64,000 nucleotides of DNA from a virus. Lineage: Duplodnaviria > Caudoviricetes. How positions within the stretch are numbered: position 1 is the first letter of the stretch; each line of letters begins with the position of its first letter. Of this stretch, positions 48,479 through 58,971 are shown in pieces. The stretch spans positions 15,182 through 79,181 of the IMG/VR virus record IMGVR_UViG_3300032280_000651, one strand, 5' to 3'. The notes under the pieces were generated by a model. That model was not told where the DNA came from. It made no database searches and saw only the letters and a list, made by a program, of their open reading frames with translations. The translations under genes and the position numbers were made by a program.

Positions 48479-49729
48479 ATGAAAGTAATTCCAACATATG
48501 AAGAAGCAGTTGCATTGACATTGCTACCTAACTCACCATTTTATGAGTCTAGGTCTATTGTTGGTGGATATACTGTATCTACTTTCAACTATAGATTAGC
48601 TTCTTGGTCAGACTTCAACGCACCAGGTGCGAAAGAAATGAGAGGAATTACTTATGTATTCAACTCTGACGGATCTTTGTTTAAAAGATACTTATTATTA
48701 GAGAAATTCTTTAACTTGAACCAAGTACCAGATACTATGTATTCAGAAGTTAAAGATTTCAAAATCAAATCTATCTACAACAAAGAAGATGGTTCTGTAG
48801 CATCATTTATCAAACTACCAGACGGATCAGTTTTTGGTAAATCAAAAATGTCAGTTATCACTGACCAAGCAGAAGGTATTATGAGAGTTTACAAATCAAA
48901 CGCATCTGTAAAAAGATTTGTTGATTGGACTTTCGATAACGATATAACTGCAATCTTTGAGTATGTCGCTCCATCAAACAAAATTGTTTTAAGATATGCT
49001 AAAGAAGATTTAATCTTGTTAAAATTGAGAGATAATGTTACTGGTGAACTATTAGACTTAAATGACTATTTAGACGTAATCGGTGATATCAGAGTGGCTC
49101 CTTCTGAGGCAGGTTATACTTTAGACGAGTTGATCGAAATGGCTTCTTATACAGAAGATAAAGAAGGATGGATAATTGAATTTACTAACGGTGTATTGAT
49201 GAAAATCAAAACTGATTGGTACTTCAAAAGACACGGTATCTTAACTGAGGATATTTACAGAGAAAACGTTATAATCAACTACATCTTAACTGATGAAATT
49301 GACGACGTTATCGCTCAAATCCCAGAGGATGAAGTAGAAGCACACGCTAGAATTGAGAAAATAATCTCAATAGTTAAAAGAGCTTTATCTAAAAAAGTTG
49401 ATGAAATAAGAAAATCATATGAGTTCTACTTAACTGTAGGTTCAAGAAAAGATTATGCGATCAACTATAGAGGTAAAGAAGAAAACTTTCCTTTTGTAAT
49501 GAAAATGGCGACTGTAGATGAAATGGCATTACTATCAAGAGAAGAAATCTTAGAAATCTTTGAAGAATATGAAAGATATGAAAATATGATCAAAACTTCT
49601 GAACCATTTGAAATGGCTAAAGTTTGGTTGTCAAGAGATACTAACAAATTGTTAATAGCAAGAGAGTGGTTATCTAAAATTGACCCAACTTTATTCTTCA
49701 TTGATGTTGAAGAAGATGTAGAAGACTAA
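48479..49729 (+). CDS. T4 Rnl1-like RNA ligase
   Basis: EMRGITY, KFFN, KEDGS (motif I), IFEY, EGWII, KIKTDWY; promoter TATCTTTG at 48454-61. Confidence 0.85.
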   Translation: MKVIPTYEEAVALTLLPNSPFYESRSIVGGYTVSTFNYRLASWSDFNAPGAKEMRGITYVFNSDGSLFKRYLLLEKFFNLNQVPDTMYSEVKDFKIKSIYNKEDGSVASFIKLPDGSVFGKSKMSVITDQAEGIMRVYKSNASVKRFVDWTFDNDITAIFEYVAPSNKIVLRYAKEDLILLKLRDNVTGELLDLNDYLDVIGDIRVAPSEAGYTLDELIEMASYTEDKEGWIIEFTNGVLMKIKTDWYFKRHGILTEDIYRENVIINYILTDEIDDVIAQIPEDEVEAHARIEKIISIVKRALSKKVDEIRKSYEFYLTVGSRKDYAINYRGKEENFPFVMKMATVDEMALLSREEILEIFEEYERYENMIKTSEPFEMAKVWLSRDTNKLLIAREWLSKIDPTLFFIDVEEDVED

Positions 49730-49751
49730 AACCCACCGATTGGTGGGTTTT
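49728..49751. terminator. Bidirectional intrinsic terminator
   Basis: AAAACCCACC-GATT-GGTGGGTTTT. Confidence 0.85.
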
Positions 49752-51083
49752 TTATATCTTAACCCAAAATATTATTTTTGTGATAAGTGTTTCATCCGGA
49801 AGAGTTTCTAATTCATCATATGATAAGTGAATTTCCTTACTATATCCTATTCCATTGATAGTTGGTTTGTCCCAGTCTTGTACCGAAAATCTAAAAAATT
49901 TATTACGGTATTCTGCTGTATCCGGATCATTACCAAAATAAACTTCATCTAACTCATATTCATTACGAAGTCTATGTAAGAAAGGTATAATATGATCTTT
50001 TATCTCAAACCATTTTCTACGATGGCCACCCCAAGATAATAGAACTGATAATTCATCTAATTCATTATATTCTGAGCCATTATAAAAATCAGGTTCAACT
50101 TTCAAACCGTCATCCATTAGATAAGCTAAGTTTGTCTCACAATAATCTTTTAGATCGTATTCATTTACACTTTCATTAAATCTCTTACTCTTATTTTTAG
50201 TTATATCTTTTAACTCTTCTGTTAGAAATCTCTTAGCTCGGAATTTACTCTGATTAGATCTCAATGATATAACTATTTTATTAAAAAGTCTATGAGTTAT
50301 TGCAAAATCTTTTATAAGATCCTGCATTCTGTGCGTCACTAATGTTGTATATACAAAGTTACTACCAATTTTAAAATCTATGTCCGGAAAACAATTATAC
50401 TCCTTATTTAGAATTGTTAAAAAGGGAATCATATGATCTTTTACATCATTCCATCTAATAAGATCGCCTTTTTTACTAATTGCAATCTGTGGACCTTCAC
50501 TATTAGTCCAAAAACTAGTACCACCTCTTCTAGGAACAGTAAGTTCAATACTATAATCCTCATCATCTAATAAATAAGCAAGATACCTTTCACAAAAATC
50601 CTTTATTGAGTTTTTATCAAATGCCTCATTTATAAATTGTGAATATGAGTTTATTCTTTTTTCTTTTATATCCCTGTTTGCTTTACCTCTTGCTAAATGA
50701 TTTACAGAAACACCAATAGTAAACATTTTAATTGAAGTTGCCATTGAACCTTCAATTTTAGTAAATTCAGGAATCGACATCATAATTCCTTCGTTTCCGA
50801 ATAGAGAGTGAACCTTGACATACATCAGTTTATTTTTTAGATATGTATCTAATGTTAAAAGTGCTTCCTTTATATAAGGTTTTAACTTACCATCTCTACC
50901 ATAAAACTCTAAATAAGGAAAATAACGACTTAAACCACCATCTCTTATAAATTCTGGAAAAAATCTAATATCAAATCTTAAAAACTTATCTCTTTTGTCT
51001 TTTACATCAAAATCAAAATCAATTTGATTATCCATCAACTCGACGAGTATTCCTTCTATATTATCTAGTATTTGTTGTAACAT
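49752..51083 (-). CDS. Repeat-module protein with internal CTS-like linkers
   Basis: KDFCERYLAYLLDD vs KDYCETNLAYLMDD; KDHMIPFL vs KDHIIPFL. Confidence 0.75.
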   Translation of the reverse strand: MLQQILDNIEGILVELMDNQIDFDFDVKDKRDKFLRFDIRFFPEFIRDGGLSRYFPYLEFYGRDGKLKPYIKEALLTLDTYLKNKLMYVKVHSLFGNEGIMMSIPEFTKIEGSMATSIKMFTIGVSVNHLARGKANRDIKEKRINSYSQFINEAFDKNSIKDFCERYLAYLLDDEDYSIELTVPRRGGTSFWTNSEGPQIAISKKGDLIRWNDVKDHMIPFLTILNKEYNCFPDIDFKIGSNFVYTTLVTHRMQDLIKDFAITHRLFNKIVISLRSNQSKFRAKRFLTEELKDITKNKSKRFNESVNEYDLKDYCETNLAYLMDDGLKVEPDFYNGSEYNELDELSVLLSWGGHRRKWFEIKDHIIPFLHRLRNEYELDEVYFGNDPDTAEYRNKFFRFSVQDWDKPTINGIGYSKEIHLSYDELETLPDETLITKIIFWVKI

Positions 51084-51152
51084 AAAAGTATATATTAAAT
51101 TTTGTTAAACTTTTTTAATTTTTAGAATATATATTTAGTGTAAAGATTATGT

Positions 51153-51167
51153 ATGACATAATGTCAT
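51153..51167. promoter_or_regulatory. Inverted repeat upstream of dnaK
   Basis: ATGACAT-A-ATGTCAT with an extra AATGTCA half-site at 51181. Confidence 0.4.
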
Positions 51168-51247
51168 TTTATTATGTATAAATGTCAGTAAAATAACTTT
51201 GGTATAGAAATTGAATATTAATAATCACAAAAAAATAAATTAAAATT

Positions 51248-53140
51248 ATGAACAAAAGAGATGTAATAGTGGGAATTGATCTTGGTACAACGAATTCGGC
51301 CATTGCGGTTGTTGAAAATGGAGAACCAACAATTATCCCAAATTCAGAAGGTAAAAGAACAACACCTTCTATTGTAGGCTTCACGAAAGATGATAGAAAA
51401 GTGGGAGACCCTGCAAAAAGACAAGCAGTTACTAATCCAGAACAAACTGTTTATTCAATCAAAAGATTTATAGGGAAAGATTTCTCATCTTGTTCAGATG
51501 AAATTAAAAGAACTCCTTATAAAGTAGAAAAAACTGGCTCTAATGTACCTGGTGTTAGAATTGGAGACAGAGTATATACTCCACAAGAAATCTCGGCAAT
51601 GATTTTACAAAAAATGAAAAAAACTGCGGAAGATTACTTAGGATGTGAAATCACAAGAGCAGTTATCACTGTTCCTGCTTACTTCGGTGATGCAGAAAGA
51701 ACCGCAACAATCGAAGCTGGTGAAATCGCTGGTTTGAAAGTTGAAAGAATTATCAATGAGCCAACTGCTGCTGCTTTAGCGTATGGTTTAGATAAGAAAA
51801 ATACAGAATCTAAAATCTTAGTATTTGACTGTGGTGGGGGAACTCATGACGTTTCTGTATTAGAAATTGGAGACGGTGTTTTTGAAGTAAAATCTACTGA
51901 TGGTGATACTCACTTAGGTGGTGACGACTTTGATAACGAAATCATTACTTGGATGGTTCAAGAATTCAAATCTGAAAATGATGTGGATTTATCAAAAGAT
52001 GCTATGGCATTACAAAGATTAAAAGAAGCTGCAGAGAAAGCTAAGATTGAATTATCTTCTTCTACAACAACTGACATTAATCTACCTTACATCACATCAA
52101 GAGACAATCAACCTTTACACTTTGTTAAACAATTGACAAAAGCGAAATTTGACCAAATGACTAGTTCATTAGTTAAAAGAGCTATCGATTGTGCAAAGTC
52201 TGCTCTTAAAAGTGCTAAACTAAAACCAGCTGACATTGATGAAGTTATCTTGGTTGGTGGTTCTACAAGAATCCCAGCTATTCAAGAAGCTATCGAATCA
52301 TTCATTGGTAAGAAAGCAAACAAATCTGTAAATCCAGATGAAGTTGTTGCATTAGGAGCTGCTATTCAAGGTGCTGTGTTGACTGGTGGTATTACTGACG
52401 TATTACTATTAGATGTAACCCCTCTTTCACTTGGTATTGAAACAATGGGTGGTGTGTTTACTAAATTGATTGAAGCTAACACTACTATTCCTACAAGAAA
52501 AAGTGAAACATTCTCTACTGCGGCAGATAATCAATCTTCTGTAGAGATCCACTGTCTTCAAGGTGAAAGACCTATGGCAAAAGACAACCGTTCTTTAGGT
52601 AGATTCCATTTAGATGGTATTCCACCTGCACCAAGAGGTATTCCACAAGTTGAGGTAATTTTGGATATCGATGCTAACGGCATACTTTCTGTAACCGCGA
52701 AAGATAAAGCAACTGGTAAAGAAAACAAAATCCGAATTGAAGGTGGTTCTCAATTAACAAAAGAAGAAATTGAGAATATGAAAGCAGAAGCTGAAGCTAA
52801 TGCAGAATCTGATAGAATTGAAAGAGAAAAAGTTGACAAACTTAACGGTGCAGACAACTTAATCTTCCAAACAGAAAAACAAATGAAAGAGTTTGATGAA
52901 AAACTAACAGAGGAAGACAAGAGAGCTTTAGGTATAGACCTAGATGAATTGAAAAAAGCTTACGCTGATCAAGATGTTGATGCAATCGACGAAAGTTCTA
53001 AAAAACTAAGTGATTCTTGGCACGCAATCAGTACTAAATTGTACGAACAATCTCAAAACGAACCTGAACCAACTAACGAAAGTTCAGAGGATGTTCAAGA
53101 TGTAAGTTATGAGGACGTTTCTGATGAAACAAGTAAGTAA
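51248..53140 (+). CDS. dnaK: Chaperone DnaK
   Basis: [52 protein letters not shown]. Confidence 0.97.
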   Translation: MNKRDVIVGIDLGTTNSAIAVVENGEPTIIPNSEGKRTTPSIVGFTKDDRKVGDPAKRQAVTNPEQTVYSIKRFIGKDFSSCSDEIKRTPYKVEKTGSNVPGVRIGDRVYTPQEISAMILQKMKKTAEDYLGCEITRAVITVPAYFGDAERTATIEAGEIAGLKVERIINEPTAAALAYGLDKKNTESKILVFDCGGGTHDVSVLEIGDGVFEVKSTDGDTHLGGDDFDNEIITWMVQEFKSENDVDLSKDAMALQRLKEAAEKAKIELSSSTTTDINLPYITSRDNQPLHFVKQLTKAKFDQMTSSLVKRAIDCAKSALKSAKLKPADIDEVILVGGSTRIPAIQEAIESFIGKKANKSVNPDEVVALGAAIQGAVLTGGITDVLLLDVTPLSLGIETMGGVFTKLIEANTTIPTRKSETFSTAADNQSSVEIHCLQGERPMAKDNRSLGRFHLDGIPPAPRGIPQVEVILDIDANGILSVTAKDKATGKENKIRIEGGSQLTKEEIENMKAEAEANAESDRIEREKVDKLNGADNLIFQTEKQMKEFDEKLTEEDKRALGIDLDELKKAYADQDVDAIDESSKKLSDSWHAISTKLYEQSQNEPEPTNESSEDVQDVSYEDVSDETSK

Positions 53141-53141
53141 T

Positions 53142-53172
53142 AAAAAAGCCAATCATTTGATTGGCTTTTTTT
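53142..53172 (+). terminator. Intrinsic terminator
   Basis: AAGCCAATC-ATTT-GATTGGCTT with flanking tracts. Confidence 0.85.
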
Positions 53173-53184
53173 ATATATAGTTCT

Positions 53185-53433
53185 ATGAAAGAAATATTTA
53201 GTTCTGTTATTAGAAAAAAAGTTATCAGATTAATAAATGATATAGGACTTGGTGTTTCCGAGATAATTATTGATTTACCTTTAAGTTTTGAAACTTTTAA
53301 TACAATAGAATTAAATAATAATATAATTACTTTACATAAATTTATTGATGAATTAGATTATACTACTGATTTTGATGATTTAGATGATGAAGATAAGTTA
53401 GAAGTTTATAAATTACTTTATCTTTACTTATAA
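53185..53433 (+). CDS. Hypothetical protein
   Basis: Start moved to ATG 53185, 5 nt after TTTATATATA. Confidence 0.6.
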   Translation: MKEIFSSVIRKKVIRLINDIGLGVSEIIIDLPLSFETFNTIELNNNIITLHKFIDELDYTTDFDDLDDEDKLEVYKLLYLYL

Positions 53434-53925
53434 GTAACGTGATTTATTCTTCTCTGCTAAGTACGCTTTTAAATCTTCATAATTTACATTACCTGGATTA
53501 CTAAATACTTTCTCAGCAACTCCCACAGGTTTTTCCTCAATCTTTTTAAGTTCATTCATTTTTACACGTTCATCATATTCTTCCTCAGTGGTTTTTAAAA
53601 TATGACCTAAGTAAAACTCAATACCCTTTTCTCTTATCATTAAAGGATCTAATTGAAATAAAAATTCTTGGAAGTCATCACTATAAACCGCAAATGATGA
53701 ATCTCTTATATAATGATCTACGTAAAATTTTATATCACCAACATTACCCTGTCCATAGATTGTTGTATTATACTGCATATTATAAAACTTAGCAAATCGA
53801 TCTTTATCATTAAAGACTCGACTACCATTTTTTTCTACAGTAGGAACTAATCCTAAACTAACTCTGAAATACCTTGATTTTTTAAATTCTTGTAAGGTTT
53901 GATAACTTGAAACTATATTTAACAT
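53428..53925 (-). CDS. Hypothetical protein
   Basis: 165-aa ORF. Confidence 0.75.
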   Translation of the reverse strand: MLNIVSSYQTLQEFKKSRYFRVSLGLVPTVEKNGSRVFNDKDRFAKFYNMQYNTTIYGQGNVGDIKFYVDHYIRDSSFAVYSDDFQEFLFQLDPLMIREKGIEFYLGHILKTTEEEYDERVKMNELKKIEEKPVGVAEKVFSNPGNVNYEDLKAYLAEKNKSRYL

Positions 53926-53953
53926 AATTTATTTATTAAAATAAACCTGTTTC

Positions 53954-54517
53954 CTATTCAGTTTCTATTTCAAGTTTTTCTTCTTCTCCAAACATGTCAT
54001 CTAATTCAATTTTAAGATTGATTAGATACTCTTCGTCTAAACCTTTAACTTCTACATTCTTATCTAGTTGTCCAATAACTTCAAATGTGTTTATGTCATA
54101 TTTTTTAAGTGTAACATGGCATTTTTTAATATCATCAATACTAAAATCTTTACCTTCCTCACCAGCAGCGGCCGCAATATCATTAGCAACTTCAGACGTA
54201 TCAACTTTAACAAAAATAGAATAAGTGTTTTCATCATCTGAAAACTTAACAGTTAAGTTAGTATTCTTTTTAGATATTTCTGAACTATCTAATCTAACAC
54301 CAAACTCTTTAAATGTTGGCTTTCCCTGATCTTTCTTAGAAGTTATATTAGCTTTCTTTACTGTCATATTATCTTCTTCTGATCCTTCTTCTGGTTCAGA
54401 TTGAAACTCAAACATTTTATCAATTCTCTTCTTTAATACTCCTAATAAGGAATTACTGTAGTTTTCTACTGTATCAAATGCTTCATTGATAAAATCACTA
54501 TACTTAATTATTTTCAT
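53954..54517 (-). CDS. Hypothetical protein with CTS-like N-terminus
   Basis: MKIIKYSDFINE. Confidence 0.75.
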   Translation of the reverse strand: MKIIKYSDFINEAFDTVENYSNSLLGVLKKRIDKMFEFQSEPEEGSEEDNMTVKKANITSKKDQGKPTFKEFGVRLDSSEISKKNTNLTVKFSDDENTYSIFVKVDTSEVANDIAAAAGEEGKDFSIDDIKKCHVTLKKYDINTFEVIGQLDKNVEVKGLDEEYLINLKIELDDMFGEEEKLEIETE

Positions 54518-54521
54518 CTTT

Positions 54522-54794
54522 TTATAAATTTTTTATTGATGTATTCGGTTTTGGTGGCATTATAATTGTTGAATATCCTCCTTGTCCTAATCCTATCTTA
54601 TCTTGTATATCATTCACGAATACTTGTGGTACTTTACCAGTATCCTCATATTCCATCATCATATCTGAATAGAAATCCATAATAGTATTTATTTCAGTTG
54701 GTCTTAAATTAAACTTCTTTAAAATAGAAATTACTTCGTTTTGATAATCATCATCTGAATAACCAAACCCTTCAAACTTTTTTATATATTTCAT
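54522..54794 (-). CDS. Hypothetical protein with CTS-like N-terminus
   Basis: MKYIKKFEGF. Confidence 0.7.
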   Translation of the reverse strand: MKYIKKFEGFGYSDDDYQNEVISILKKFNLRPTEINTIMDFYSDMMMEYEDTGKVPQVFVNDIQDKIGLGQGGYSTIIMPPKPNTSIKNL

Positions 54795-54847
54795 ATACTA
54801 TATATTACTTATTACAAGTACCTTTTTTTGATCTCATAGTAAAAAAA

Positions 54848-55192
54848 TTACTTTTCAGAGTCTGCAGTGTTAGATAGTGTAACACCGTCTTCCTCATCAA
54901 CCTTTTGAATAAGCATTTTATCTCTATCTTCAGAGTTGAACCAATAGTCAACTACTTTGTTAAGATTTCCTACGAATGCACCTAAAAGAAAAAGTAATAA
55001 TTCTTTCCAGTCTTCTCCTACTTTTACTCCAAAGAATATACCAGAATTAATTCCTAATATAATCATAAAGAATAAACCTAATACGATCGCTGTAATTTTC
55101 CAACGATTAGATTGCATTTGTTGTAGCATAAAGTAAAAACGATTTTTATCATCTACTTTTACATAATCACTACTTCCTTTAAATAAACCCAT
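54848..55192 (-). CDS. Two-helix membrane protein (holin-like candidate)
   Basis: ITAIVLGLFFMIILGINSGIFF and ELLLFLLGAFVG hydrophobic segments, acidic tail. Confidence 0.45.
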   Translation of the reverse strand: MGLFKGSSDYVKVDDKNRFYFMLQQMQSNRWKITAIVLGLFFMIILGINSGIFFGVKVGEDWKELLLFLLGAFVGNLNKVVDYWFNSEDRDKMLIQKVDEEDGVTLSNTADSEK

Positions 55193-55253
55193 GATACTTA
55201 ATATTTTTTAAATATATATTAAAAAAATAAAAAAATTTTTGTAACTTTGTAAA

Positions 55254-56180
55254 ATGAAGAATATAGGCTATTGTTGTATCTCCATGGGAGTAAATACAGG
55301 TAAGAAAAAGAAAGAATTCGTAACAGTGAACCGAGGTATGGTTCGTAGAACATTTGATGCAAAAGGTCTTCCTTATGTATCAGAATTAGTTATTGAAAAT
55401 CTAAAAGATACTTTAAAATTATTAGAGTATAACATTAAAAATAACATTTACATTTATCGAATGTCAAGTGATTCTTTTCCGTGGATGTCAGAATATGAGT
55501 TCAGTGATCTACCAAAGTTTCCTGCAATTCATACTTACTTAAAACTTATCGGTAAGAAAGTAAAAGACCACGGTATACGTGTATCGTACCATCCTGGTCC
55601 CTTCAATGTACTCGCAAGTGAAAATCCATCAGTTGTTGAGAAAACTATTAAAGAGTTAAATAAACACGCAGAACTTATGGATTTGATGGAATTAGACCAA
55701 ACTACATTCTATCCAATCAACATTCATATCAATACTACTCAACCAACAAGAGAGTTGGCTGCAGAAAGATTTTGTAAAGAGTTTGAAAACTTATCAGAGT
55801 CTTGTAAGAAAAGATTAGTTGTTGAGAATGATGATGGTCAAAATCAATACTCTGTTAAAATGTTATACGACTGGGTTTATCAAGTTATTGGTATTCCAAT
55901 AACTGTAGATAGTTTACACTATCAATGTCATCCAGATAATATGAGTTGGGAAGATACACTAAGATTAGGAACCTCTACTTGGAAAGAAGTGAGACCTCTT
56001 ACACATCATTCATCTTCTAAAAAACTACATGAAGATACAACTGGTAAACTAACAGCACATGCTGATTTTTTATATGAAAAATTTGAAAGTTTTGATATAG
56101 AAGTAGATATAGAACTAGAATGTAAACAAAAAGATTTAGCCTTATTTAGATATAGGAAAGAGCATGGAATTGTATCATAA
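55254..56180 (+). CDS. uvsE: UV damage endonuclease
   Basis: IGYCC, YRMSSD, HPGPF, NIH, VVENDD, DSLHY, THHSS, HADF, ECKQKD. Confidence 0.9.
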   Translation: MKNIGYCCISMGVNTGKKKKEFVTVNRGMVRRTFDAKGLPYVSELVIENLKDTLKLLEYNIKNNIYIYRMSSDSFPWMSEYEFSDLPKFPAIHTYLKLIGKKVKDHGIRVSYHPGPFNVLASENPSVVEKTIKELNKHAELMDLMELDQTTFYPINIHINTTQPTRELAAERFCKEFENLSESCKKRLVVENDDGQNQYSVKMLYDWVYQVIGIPITVDSLHYQCHPDNMSWEDTLRLGTSTWKEVRPLTHHSSSKKLHEDTTGKLTAHADFLYEKFESFDIEVDIELECKQKDLALFRYRKEHGIVS

Positions 56181-56568
56181 TGTGAAAGATTTAAAAAGAT
56201 TGAAATCTATTTTAGAAAGTGGATTTATATTTAAAGATGAAAGCATAATAGAACCTTGTGTTTATCTTACAAGAGATTTCAATTATTTAACAAATAGAGG
56301 TATCAGAATGGTTTTTGATCTTGATAAACTAAAATATAATTATAAAGTTAAACCTTTCTGTTATCGTGGATGGTGTCTTCTAAATAATCATAAGTTTATT
56401 CCTAAAAATGATGAAATGGAAGAACGAGTATTAAATAATATAAATGTAATGAAAACCTGTGTAAGAATTGATATAGATCGTAATCGATTTAAGGAAATTG
56501 ATTTTAATCATATATTGATAAATCACACATATGATTTCAACAAAAAAATGAAAAGACACATCAGGTAA
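56164..56568 (+). CDS. Possible ADP-ribosyltransferase-fold protein
   Basis: LYH....ILESG, VYLTRD and late EER pattern. Confidence 0.4.
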   Translation: MELYHNVKDLKRLKSILESGFIFKDESIIEPCVYLTRDFNYLTNRGIRMVFDLDKLKYNYKVKPFCYRGWCLLNNHKFIPKNDEMEERVLNNINVMKTCVRIDIDRNRFKEIDFNHILINHTYDFNKKMKRHIR

Positions 56569-56605
56569 AAACACTACAGGAAAGAACATATTTAATATAT
56601 AACAT

Positions 56606-57415
56606 ATGAAATATGTTAAAAATTGTCCTCAATGTAGTAATACAATAGAATTTACCTGTAAAGGAAACCTTAATAGGTCTATAAGAAATAATAAAGTTTG
56701 TAAATCATGTGCACAAGAAAACTTAAAAAAATCTTCTACTTATTCCGATAGAAATAAAAAAATTTCAGAAGGTAGAATAGAATACTTTAATAACTTATCT
56801 GAAAGTGAACATAATTTACAAAAAGATAAAATGGCAAATTCTATAAGTGAAAAGTATAAAAATAGAAGTAGTGAATGGAAAGATAATTGGAAAGAAATAT
56901 GTTCTATAACTACATCTAAAAGATGGAAAGACCCAGAATATAAGAAAAGAGTGTCTAATACCATGAAAGATAATAATTGGTCTAAAAGAGAAGATAGTAA
57001 AGAGATTTATCAAAAATCAATAGATACAAAAATACAAAAATATGGTAAATCTAGTGGTCATGGAAAATGTAAGTATTACAAAGTAGATGAAGTAATTTGT
57101 TATGGTCTCTCTGAAAAAAAGTATATAGATCATTTATTATTGAATAATCTTAAATTACCAAAAAATACAAATGCTATAAAAACACCAATTGGTTATTATA
57201 CACCAGACTTTGAATTTGAAGACTTTTTTATTGAAGTAAAATCAACATTCACATTTAATGTCTTAATCGGTATACAAAGTTATAGTAAAACAAAAAAATC
57301 AAATCCTTTACAATTAGAAAAAATCAAATGGATTTCAGATAATATAAAACCTATAAAAATATTTATAGTAGATAATAATGTAATAGAAGAAGTAAATTAT
57401 GATCGAAGTAGGTGA
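56606..57415 (+). mobile_element. Putative homing endonuclease (PD-(D/E)XK)
   Basis: CxxC...CxxC N-terminus; YTPDF...IEVKS. Confidence 0.7.
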
Positions 57416-57596
57416 CCAAGTAAGAGTTAAAGAAACTGGTGAAATAGGTTTAGTAAGACACATAATGTATTTTAGAAGAAAAAAAACTTATATGGTTGGT
57501 GAGATTGCAAGAAGTTATAAAATCAATGAAATTGAACTTTTTGATAAACAAATTGAAAGAGAAGAAAAATTAAATCAACTATTTACCAATAAATAA
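57399..57596 (+). CDS. Small SH3-like protein with C-terminal motif
   Basis: VGDQVRV...GLVR; ends EREEKLNQLF. Confidence 0.65.
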   Translation: MIEVGDQVRVKETGEIGLVRHIMYFRRKKTYMVGEIARSYKINEIELFDKQIEREEKLNQLFTNK

Positions 57597-57622
57597 AAAA
57601 TCCACCCTAAGGTGGATTTTTT
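57595..57622. terminator. Bidirectional intrinsic terminator
   Basis: AAAAAATCCACC-CTAA-GGTGGATTTTTT. Confidence 0.85.
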
Positions 57623-58957
57623 TTATTTACATAAACTTTCTATAGCTTTATCAACTTTGTCAAAATTAAATTTCTCAATTATTAGTTGCATTTGATTTCT
57701 TATTTGTTCATTACATAAGTTACCAATACTTCCTTCATGTGTATGATTAGTTGTCTTATTATCAAAATCATATTTACCAGATTCTATGTTATCACCAACT
57801 TCACGATAAGCATCTCTAAAACTTTTACCCTGTAGAACTAAATTGTTCACTTCTTCAACTGAGAATAAATATTTATATCTATCATCATTAAGTATTTCTT
57901 TATTCACTGAGATTTGTTTAAGTGAGTAGTTACTTATTTGTAAACAATCAATTAAATCATCAAATGCAGGCATAAAACTTTCTTTAATCATTTGTAAATC
58001 TCTGTGATATCCAGATGATAAATTAGTTGTTATTAGTGTTATTTCATTAGATAGTGAACTTAATTTATTACACTTTGCTCTTACTAATTCAAAAACATCT
58101 GGATTTTTCTTATGTGGCATAATACTTGAACCAGTTGTAATCTCATTAGGTAATTTCATAAATTCATAATTTTGATTAGTAAACAAACATACATCCTGTG
58201 ACATCTTACTTAAAGTTTGCGCAATTGATGATAAAGCTTGTGATACAATTCTTTCTACCTTACCTCTACCCATTTGAGCATAAACAACATTATAATTTAA
58301 TGTATCAAATCCTAATAATTCAGTTGTTAAAGTTCTATTTAATGGGAAAGAAGAACCATAACCAGCTGCAGAACCTAGTGGATTCTTATTAGTAATTTTA
58401 TAAGCCGCTTCAAGTTGAGTTATATCATCAATTAAACTTTCTGCCCAACAAGCAAACCAAAGTCCAAATGAAGATGGCATTGCAACTTGATAATGAGTAT
58501 AACCAGGCATCATAACATCTTTATAATTTTCACTGAGTTCAATAAGTGTATTGAAAAGCTCATTACTTATCTTTACTACATCTGTAATTTTATCACGAAT
58601 AAATAGTTTTAAATCTAAAAGAACTTGGTCATTTCTAGATCTACCACTGTGAATTTTTTTACCAATCTCACCAACTCTTCTAGTAAGAAGAAGTTCTACT
58701 TGTGAATGAACATCTTCTACATTTTCTTCTATTTGAAAATTATCATTTTTAATCTCATCTAAGATAATTAAAAGTTCTTTTTTAAGAATATCGTGTTCTT
58801 CTAAAGTTAGAAGATTAATACTCTGTAACATCTTTATATGTGCCAATGATCCAATTACATCAAACCTAGCCATCATTAAATCCATTTCACGGTCTTTACC
58901 TACAGTAAATCTTTCAATCTCTTTATTTGTATCAAATCCTTTAGTCCAAAGTTTCAT
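57623..58957 (-). CDS. argH: Argininosuccinate lyase
   Basis: EDVHSQVE, HSGRSRNDQ, MPGYTH, PLGSAAGYG, GSSIMPHKKNPD, YHRDLQ. Confidence 0.92.
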   Translation of the reverse strand: MKLWTKGFDTNKEIERFTVGKDREMDLMMARFDVIGSLAHIKMLQSINLLTLEEHDILKKELLIILDEIKNDNFQIEENVEDVHSQVELLLTRRVGEIGKKIHSGRSRNDQVLLDLKLFIRDKITDVVKISNELFNTLIELSENYKDVMMPGYTHYQVAMPSSFGLWFACWAESLIDDITQLEAAYKITNKNPLGSAAGYGSSFPLNRTLTTELLGFDTLNYNVVYAQMGRGKVERIVSQALSSIAQTLSKMSQDVCLFTNQNYEFMKLPNEITTGSSIMPHKKNPDVFELVRAKCNKLSSLSNEITLITTNLSSGYHRDLQMIKESFMPAFDDLIDCLQISNYSLKQISVNKEILNDDRYKYLFSVEEVNNLVLQGKSFRDAYREVGDNIESGKYDFDNKTTNHTHEGSIGNLCNEQIRNQMQLIIEKFNFDKVDKAIESLCK

Positions 58958-58971
58958 ATTTTAATTTTTTT

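Noticed and set aside
57623-58957. Adenylosuccinate lyase for a 2-aminoadenine (Z) genome
   Set aside because: The motifs fit ArgH rather than PurB, and no PurZ is visible in this window
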